NCBI RefSeq assembly: GCF_001194135.2
Contig: NC_068993.1
Span: 46,421,403 to 46,459,048 of the forward strand
DNA length: 37,646 bases
Direction: 5' to 3'
From: Octopus bimaculoides
Taxonomy: Eukaryota
Part shown: positions 1 through 37,646 of the stretch, in pieces
How the letters are laid out: each line of letters starts with the position of its first letter
Numbering within the stretch: position 1 is the stretch's first letter
The notes under the pieces: model-generated
Told to the model about the DNA's origin: nothing
Database searches by the model: none
Seen by the model: only the letters and a program-made list of their open reading frames with translations
Position numbers and translations under genes: made by a program

Positions 1-62
1 TGTGTGTGTGTGTGTGTGTGTGTGTATGGACATGTGTATGTATGTGTGTGTGTGTGTGTGTG
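1..62. repeat. (TG)n microsatellite
   Basis: Direct reading. Confidence 0.95.
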
Positions 63-488
63 GTTGTGTGCAGGCGAAAAGAAAAAGAAAGAAAAAAAGA
101 GAAAAATAGAAAAGGAAAGAGAAGAACAATATTTAATCAAACACTTTTATGTAAATTTGATGAAATTCTCCTGTCATTTTATTCATTCCTCCAGGGCGTG
201 ATGTTAATAACTCGCAAACATATTTCTCTTCATGCATTTTGAGTACTGAAAGTGTAGCAGATTCAGAATATTCTGCTGCGTACACCAAATAGGAATCTCT
301 CTCTCTCTCTCTCTTTTTCTCTCTAGATAGATAGGTAGATAAGTAGGTAGGTAGGTAGGTAGGCAGCAGACAGACAAACATAGACAGACAGACAGACAGA
401 CAGATAGATTAGAGTAATAACTTCAATGTTTGAGGATATTTAACCTTCTAATAAGGATGTATTTTTTTCGTTCCGTTTCTCTTTGCAG

Positions 489-29663
<29,175 letters not shown>

Positions 29664-30124
29664 ATAAAAGGGCAGAAGAGAGGAAGGAAGCAGGGAAGGA
29701 AGGGAGGGAGAGAAAGAGGAAAGAGAAGAAGAAGCTTAGAGAGAATCGTGCTTCGTGTTACGTCCTACTCACTCATGCTCTTGCTGTTTCTCCAGTTTGA
29801 CACCACCATCACCACCGTAGACAATACCACCACCGCCACCACGTACACACATACACACACACACATACACACTCACATACACACTCACATACACAACACA
29901 TACATACTCCACTTACATAGACACACAATAAACATGCACGGACATGTTACATATCAATATCAAATATACATTGTTCTTACACACAAAAAGAGCATATTAA
30001 CATATCAACGGCGGAAAACAACTATTGGTGGTTGCTAGAAATAGCAGGCACATCGTCCTCGATTCATGCCTTACTCTTTTAGTAAAGGACACAATGGCTC
30101 CTATGACGCTGAATGATATATATG

Positions 30125-30252
30125 GGGTGCAGCAAGGGTATATGAAGTTCGCCCCTTTCTCAGTATTGCAAATTAGGTAAGCGCCATTTTCTATAACCTG
30201 AAGTCAATCAATGAGTGAAAATGGGTGGAGGGAAACTATGCGGAAGCCCATC
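30125..30252 (+). mobile_element. Degenerate SINE (family B-like) downstream of the stop codon
   Basis: ttaggtaagcgccattttctataacc...tgagtgaaaatgggtggagggaaactatgcggaagcccatcg resembles a family B SINE body recalled from octopus DNA. Confidence 0.4.
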
Positions 30253-30480
30253 GGGTGGATTCCACATGTAATTCAAAGGCCCGGACTAGTTCCTGTGTCG
30301 TGTTGCATTCAGAGTACGGACCTCTATTATACTCAGCCACGTATACGCTAATTCAATGAGGCTGGTAGTTCAAGTAATTGAACACTTGAACACTCATGAT
30401 CATAAATATTGATTCCAAGGTCGATTTTTTTTTGTGTGTGTGCGTACGTGTCGGCGTATGTCTGTGCGTGCGTGTGTGTA

Positions 30481-30550
<70 letters not shown>

Positions 30551-31069
30551 CATGAATGAGCGAGCGTGTGTGTACAATTCAGCAACACGGTCACATACAT
30601 AATGACACAACTAAATACTCATATACNNNNNNNNNNNNNNNNNNNNNNNNNNNNNNNNNNNNNNNNNNNNNNNNNNNNNNNNNNNNNNNNNNNNNNNNNN
30701 NNNNNNNNNNNNNNNNNNNNNNNNNNNNNNNNNNNNNNNNNNNNNNNNNNNNNNNNNNNNNNNNNNNNNNNNNNNNNNNNNNNNNNNNNNNNNNNNNNNN
30801 NNNNNNNNNNNNNNNNNNNNNNNNNNNNNNNNNNNNNNNNNNNNNNNNNNNNNNNNNNNNNNNNTATATATATATATATATATATTGGATGGGTGGGTGC
30901 TGAGTTAAAATTCTATGTGGCATGTGCGTGTGCGGCCACAAAGTCAATTTTTTTTTCTAGTAAAAGCTGATAACGAATAGTTTTAGATGTTAATAAATAC
31001 TTATACGCTTAGATTAAGTTTCTGTCAATTTGTAAAACCTATGATATATATAATCTTACGCTGTTATAT

Positions 31070-31320
31070 AATAATAACAGTAGTAATATTAACAGTAATA
31101 ACAATAGTAATAACACCGCAAAGAATATTAATGAGAAAAATGACGCAATAACAGTAGAAACAGGAGTAATAACAACAGTAATAAAAATAGTAGTAAGAAT
31201 AGTAATAACAACGCAAAGAATATTAATAAGAAAAATTATGCTATAACAACAATAATAACAGTAGTAATATTAACAGTAATAACAATAGTAATAACACTGC
31301 ATAAATTATGGCAGTAGCAA
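31070..31320 (+). repeat. AAT/AAC-derived minisatellite with higher-order duplication
   Basis: A 47-bp identical block at 31070-31116 and 31251-31297; cgcaaagaatattaat.agaaaaa at 31117 and 31212. Confidence 0.85.
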
Positions 31321-31483
31321 GAATATTCTTTTCTACTCTAGGCACAAAGCCAAAATTTTTTGGGAGGGGGGCCAGTCGATTAGATCGACCTCAGTACGCA
31401 ACTGGTATTTAATTTATCGACTCCGAAAAGATGAAAGGCAAAGTGGAGCTCGGCGGAATTTGAACTCAGAACATAAAGGACAG
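31321..31483 (-). mobile_element. tRNA-derived SINE (family A)
   Basis: gaatattcttttctactctaggcacaa...ccagtcgattagatcgacctcagtacgcaactggtatttaatttatcgactccgaaaagatgaaaggcaaagt...ggcggaatttgaactcagaac is the reverse complement of the 7269 copy. Confidence 0.88.
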
Positions 31484-33124
31484 TAACAAGAATATTATTG
31501 ACAACACACATAAGATAATAACAGCTATAATAATAGTAATAATAACAACAACAATAACAAGAATGATGACAATAACAGCAATAACAAGGGTACGCTGACG
31601 CTGACGACACCAATGATACGTGCTGATATAAATTGGTTGTATTTTATCACAAATATTGAGTACAAAACAACAAATAATTTTGACGAATATGAAAAAAAAA
31701 ATTACAAATAACATTTATTGTTTCCGTTTGAATTTTTGCTAAACTAGTCGGACTTAATCAGAGGTATTCATCTGTGGATCATGATTAATTAATGAATTAA
31801 TTAATGCGCTAGTAATTATATTTGAAATGGGTAGACAAAACTGGAGGTTGTGGCATTCTAGAAATTTCCGAGTTCTCTTTTTTCTTGCATTTTCCTCCAT
31901 TTTGTGTGCGCGCGCGCGCGTGTTTGTCTATGTGTATGTGCGTGCGTGTATTTGTATCTGTGTGTGTGTCTATGTGTGCTTGTGTGTGTTTGTGTGTGTG
32001 CATGCGTGCGTGTGTTTGTGTGTACGTGTGTGCCTGTGTGCGTTTGTGTCTGTGTGTGTGTAAATGGGTCTTTAATTTTTGGTTGCAATTTTTCAAGGGC
32101 ATTTGAAGAGAACTACTAGCTGTTGTAGTTGTTGTTGTTGTTGCTGTTTAGCATAATGTCACCCCTCATGGAACGGGTCGATGCTTAAAAAGATTCTACC
32201 GGTGACTAGCTCGTCTTCTGTTATCTAAGACTACATAATTCGCGTCGTTTTATATTTTAACAATTGTTATGAATATTTTGATGGAGATTTGCATTCTGTT
32301 TAAAGCATATCTGTGCGACCATATAGAAACTTTGTCCTAGCGTAAATACGTACGCCAGGATAGTGGAACTGTTTGCTCTAAGCAACGGCAGTTCCGTAAA
32401 ATCATTGATTAATTTGATGGCTCGTACTGCGGTGAATTACTTTCGATGGATTAGCGTCCTGCAGATGAAGCCTTTAAGTTTTAACCTTGTTCTACTCTAG
32501 AACTCGAAACGGCCGAAATGGACCGCGCCTATCCCGGTCGGAGGCGGCCGTATATCGCGGCCATTGGTCATTACTTATGTAAGTAACAGGGCCTTGCAGA
32601 AATGGTAACCAAAATCTCTTTCTTACAACATATTGATAGTGCTGTTATTCAAGGTACAATGGTGCCGGAGAAACGTCGTGGTGAACCATTACTAGAATGG
32701 CTTTCATCATAGGCTCAATTGATGTGAGCCAACTTGGGTCTAACCAAAAACAACAACAGCAGAACAAACAATACCAAAAACGACATCAACGAACCAGTTA
32801 TAAACACTTTTATATTTGAACATAGTTACAGAGGTTTTGACGTAATAGGGATACACACCTTCCATGTCTTAAAGCCTAGATATTGCTTGTGATTGACCAT
32901 GCATTTTCTCATGCATGTGATGACGTAAGCAAGGTATTTATTTTTTTCATTTCGTTGAAGACCTATTAGTTACCTATGCGTAGTTTCCATACCACCGATA
33001 TTTACCCAAAGGCTGATACAATTTAGTATCAAAGTCCTCACCTGCATCGCTGCCAGAACGTAAAGAGCCGGCAGAGATACCGTAAAGAAACATGCCCAAA
33101 CTTCTAAAAGTTCTGCCCATCCAT

Positions 33125-33205
33125 CGCATTCGATTACCACTTACTTGTCGACCTTGAAATGACAAAAAAACTGATTTGACCTCGGCGGGATTTGGACACT
33201 GAGCA
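33125..33205 (-). mobile_element. Highly decayed SINE fragment (family A)
   Basis: ttgtcgacc and ttgacctcggcgggatttggacactgag match the reverse complement of the SINE head region. Confidence 0.4.
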
Positions 33206-34084
33206 AAACTATATGAAAACAAATTACTTTGATGTTTTCATTCTATCTTTCTAATGACACTACTAATTCATTACTTAATCCTCAATATGGACATATACAT
33301 TCTACCTCATTATATTGCTGGTACCTTTTTACTAATGAAGACGTACACACGCACAATTTTTCTAGTGTCGTTAATTGAAATGTTGTCACCATCTTCAAAA
33401 AGGTATTCTCGTCTATTTATAAGCGAATACTTTCTTGGAATTACAGACAATTAACCACACAGATCCTTGCTGTAGTTGCAGCTACTGCTACTGCTGCTGC
33501 TTCTATTGATGTTGTTGTAATTATTGTTGTTGTTACTTTTATTTTCATTAGCTCCGAGTCAAGGTTGATATGGTGGACGAATGATTAAACGCACTCCATC
33601 TTTGCCTACCTCGTCGTATTTCCTTCACACAACAAAAGTCGTATGGCTTTTTTTTTAGTTTTTTTTTGTAAAGGATAATATTATTATCATATTCATACTG
33701 TGTTTATTAGGTTGAGTAAGGATAAAGTGGAATTTGATAGAGAACTGGCTGCTATTTCTGGTCGGTCGGTAGAAGCATTGTTGTTGACAGGTACTTCAGT
33801 ATATTACTGTTATGGAGAACGTTACAGTAGTGAGACGGGACTAGAGTTGGTTGTGGCGGCGGCGGTGGTGGCGGCTGCGGCTGCGGNNNNNNNNNNNNNN
33901 NNNNNNNNNNNNNNNNGGTTGGGGGGGGGGGGTAATTATGATTTTGATGGTTAATGGCCCTCTTCGTTACAGTGATGGAACTAATGAAGAAGGGTGGGTT
34001 TCGAGGTTTTCAGGATTTGATATCGGTCATGATGCCAATGAGATATAAGGGCAGTTTCAGTGATGATGAAGTGGGGGAAAAGGG

Positions 34085-34165
34085 TACTGATAATGATGAT
34101 AAAATTGATTATAACGATGATGATAAAGATGAGGAGGAGGATAATGATGATGATGATGATGATGC

Positions 34166-34197
<32 letters not shown>

Positions 34198-34830
34198 ATG
34201 ACGATGATGACATCATTGATAAAAGTGATGACGGCGTCGACGACTTGATAAAGATGACAACAAGGATGATGATGATCATGTTCAAGACAATGACTCAATG
34301 ACAACTACGATGACAATGACGACGACGATGATGGTGATGATGCTGGTGATGTTGATGACAATGATGATGATAATGATGATGATAATGATGGTGGTGGTGG
34401 TGGTGGTGGTGGTGGTGGTGGTGGTGGTGGAATCTATGATGATGATAATGATGATAATCCTGATTATGATAACATTATTTATGACGATGGTGATGGTAAC
34501 AATAATAATAATCAGGAGAGTGATGATGATGATGACCATGCGACGGTAATGATGATGATGATGATGATGATGGAGAGGAGGAGGAGGAGGAGGAGGAGGA
34601 GAAGGAAGAAGAGAAGGATGGTAATGATAATGATAATGATGATGAGGCGGAGGAGAAGGAAGTGGAGGTGGAAGAGGTGGAGGTGGAAGAGGTGGAGGAG
34701 GCTGTAAGGATGAAGATGAAGACGATGACGACAACGACGACGACGACGATGATGATGATGATGAAGATGAAGATGAAGATGAAGATGAAGAGGAGGAGGA
34801 GGAGGACTGATAACTGAGAAAGAATGATGA
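34085..34830 (+). repeat. Compound trinucleotide microsatellite (GAT/GAC/GGT/GAG/GAA)
   Basis: Contiguous runs of gat, ggt, gag, gac and gaagat seen directly. Confidence 0.95.
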
Positions 34831-35060
34831 TGGGCAAATTAAATATGAGGGTAGGGAGAGGGTTGGAATATTTCAGTAAGGTGTGTAGTGTTGGTGCTGG
34901 AACGGGATGATTGCGTTGGAGGGGGTGGCGTGGGAGGGGGTACTGCTGCAGTGATGGTGGTGGATATGCTGCTGGGTTTTTTTGCCACATACACAGATTC
35001 TCACACACATCAACGTATGCATACACAGACACGCGGACACACAGCCTCACACTCACACAA

Positions 35061-35096
<36 letters not shown>

Positions 35097-35707
35097 TTGC
35101 TATTTGGTGCTATTCCACGTTTCAATGATTGCGCACAGTTTCATTTCAACATATTGTCTCTATAACGAGGGTAATGGAATGGATAGGGGGGAAATGAATA
35201 AATGAACGAATGAGTGAGTCCGGGAATAAAAGAATAAATAATAATTGAGGAATAAAATAATCTTTTTTTTTTTAATGAAAAAATAATATTTGAATAATAT
35301 GACAGAATAATATTGTTGTTTTATGGGTTGGTTAGAAATAAAGAAATTAATTAATAGCAATTTGAAAGAATATAAATTATTGGAGAATTGAAATAAAGGA
35401 ACAAATAAAGGAATTACGGATTAGAATTGGGGAAGCATTGGTTTCTTCTTTTTTTTTTTTTGGTTTTTTATGGTTTTAGTCAAAAATAAAAGAATGCAAG
35501 AATGCAAATTAAGGAATCAGTAAAACTAGAGTATAAATATAGGACTGGCTGATAATTATAAATGGCGGATAACAATTAATGGTTTCTTGGTTGGTTTTCT
35601 TTTTAAATTTTTCTTTCAGGAGAGCGGACATTAAACATAGCTGAAGCCTATCAAACCAGTGAGTTTGCAGCACCAGATATTCAGTGTGATCATCATCTGA
35701 GTGATGT

Positions 35708-36117
35708 TTGTATTAAGCTTAGATATCCATTCCTGGCGTTAAGACATCGTCCAGTTTTTGTATTAAGACAATGTAGCCAGATTTTGTAACAAGACAATAT
35801 ATTTAGTCCTCATATTAAAACATTGTCGAGTACGTGTATCTAAACGTCGCCCAGTCCTTGCAACAAGACAGTCTCCAGTCTTTACATTAGGAGAGTGTTT
35901 ATTCCTCGTATATAAACAATGTTCACTTCATCTATTAAGACACTGTCAAATTCTTGCATAAGACTATGTTTAGTTATTGCATTAAAACAGTGGCCTGTCC
36001 TAAGGACTGTACGTTACGATAATGTAGAGCCCTTGCAATGCTCAGTTCTTGCATTAACACATTTACATATTCCAGTTTATGTATATTGAAACAAACAAGT
36101 TGGTCTTTGCATTCAGG
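35708..36117 (+). repeat. Degenerate 24-bp minisatellite, approximate consensus TTGCATTAAGACAATGTCCAGTCC
   Basis: Consecutive units of 26,26,24,24,24,24,24,24,23,24 nt, e.g. ttgcaacaagacagtctccagtct, ttgcattaaaacagtggcctgtcc, atctattaagacactgtcaaattc. Confidence 0.75.
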
Positions 36118-36638
36118 AAGGTTAAAAGCATGATTTTCATCTTAAACTTCTGTGAACCAATGTTGTTAGCAAAAGTGTAACAGAATGAATGGAGTGTTTC
36201 AGAGATTTGATGGTTTGGAAATGAATGTTTTAACAAAAATGTTGTTAAAACGGAGCATTGGAGGTGTCTGGATGAAGACCTTTAAGGTTTGTTTTGTCAT
36301 AATTTTGCTTTCTTTTTCTTTTTCTTTTTTTTTCAGAAGGAAAAAAATTAGTGCCAGTAACATTTGGTGTTCGTGCGTTACTGGAGATATCGCCATATTT
36401 CAACATATTTTTAGTAGTTGACATGTGTAGGAAAACTGGAAAGGATTAATTCCAGAGAATTGAAGGTCGCGAGAAGAAAAATTAGGTACTTCGTTAGAGC
36501 AGGATGTATGTGACACAGTGGAGGTGGTGCGATTTGGAAGGTGATAGTAGTCTTGCTGGAATCTGTCATTAAGATGATGTTTATAATGTTGTATATTAGA
36601 ATAAAAGCAATGGTATGTATGATAATTTGAAAGGAGTA

Positions 36639-36742
36639 GGACAGTCGATTACATCGATCCCTAGTACGTGACTGATACATTATTTTATTGTTTCCGAAAA
36701 GATGAAAGGCGGAGTTGCTCTCAGTGGGATTCGAACTGGGAA
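36639..36742 (-). mobile_element. Decayed SINE (family A)
   Basis: cagtcgattacatcgatccctagtacgtgactgatac...ccgaaaagatgaaaggc...gggattcgaactg matches the family A core. Confidence 0.7.
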
Positions 36743-37646
36743 CACGTACAGGGTGAGAATATATATTTCAATGAATTTTGTTCAATGCTCTAAAAGATTC
36801 TACCAATCGATAACTGTTAACGGTGGTATGTAGGAGAGAATTTAAACGTATTAAAACGGATGCATAATATAAAGACTATATAAATTAAAGGAATGGTAGA
36901 TTACATTAAAAGGAAAGGAGAAATAGAATGAAATGATATTATAGCGGAATGAAAGAATAATATCAAAGAATGAAAGAATAAAATTAAAGAATAATGATGC
37001 AAATTAGGAAAGAGTATAAAAGAGTAAAACAAGTATATATATATATATATATGAATAAATATAAGTTTGAAAGAATGATATCAAGAAATATATGTATGAA
37101 TGAATACAACAATGAGTACGTACAAAAATGAAAAAGAGTAAGAGACAAAAGAGCAAAGGAGGACAACAGAATAAAGGAGTAAATAACGAAAATAACGGAG
37201 TATAGATATTTGAAAATAGACGGCTATAAATATAGAAATAATATGCAGGAAGAATAAATAACAGAATAAATGTATGAAGGAATATAGATATAAAGGAATG
37301 GATAAATAAACGAATGAAAAAGGAATAAAAGAGAACTTACAAAACGAATGAAAAAAGAACAAAAGAGAACTTACAAAAGTATACTAAGGCAGTATCATTC
37401 CACACATAAACCTATATATATATATTCATATGTGTATCTGGATGGTGTATGTGAGTGTGTGTATGGTGTATGTGTGTGTGTTATAAGTGGGTGCGCGCGC
37501 GTGTGTGAGCTTGTGCGTGTATTAACTGAAGATATTACGCAATGATCTGAAACGTACGTATTATATGCTTCCAAAGTATCATTATTCGGTTTGACTCCAT
37601 TATTATAACTTACATATATATGTTCCCTATATATATATATATATAT

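Noticed and set aside
33954-35125. Asp-, Met-, Pro- and Ser-rich ORFs up to 216 aa
   Set aside because: Fully explained by stop-free trinucleotide and dinucleotide repeats; no complex sequence or splice support.
35708-36117. Regularly spaced motif as a possible CRISPR array
   Set aside because: The units are contiguous and degenerate with no unique spacers, there are no cas genes, and the DNA is eukaryotic.

Overview
Eukaryotic (metazoan) draft genomic DNA, AT-rich and saturated with microsatellites, with 8 N-gaps. The SINE and microsatellite content looks like a coleoid cephalopod (Octopus-like); this is inference. One gene is supportable: the last five coding exons of a + strand class C GPCR of the GABA-B receptor family, join(489..611,2776..3111,24304..24459,26293..26447,27374..29663). 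All four introns are GT..AG with matching phases, giving a 5'-partial 1019-aa product (TM4-TM7 plus an ~866-aa cytoplasmic tail). The post-TM7 motif resembles invertebrate GABA-B-R3 more than GABA-B1 or GABA-B2. The 21-kb intron holds decayed mobile elements: tRNA-derived SINEs, an R4/Dong-like LINE fragment, an internally deleted mariner, a Tc1 fragment, and two outward-facing Helitron 3' ends around a 276-bp fold-back. Best leads: the very long tail with a second coiled coil and a PDZ-type terminus; the Helitron/fold-back composite; a palindrome bracketed by direct repeats; a cryptic 24-bp minisatellite; and a decayed hammerhead-like fold. No prokaryotic-type system or CRISPR array is present. 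All family assignments are from memory of motifs, not database searches.
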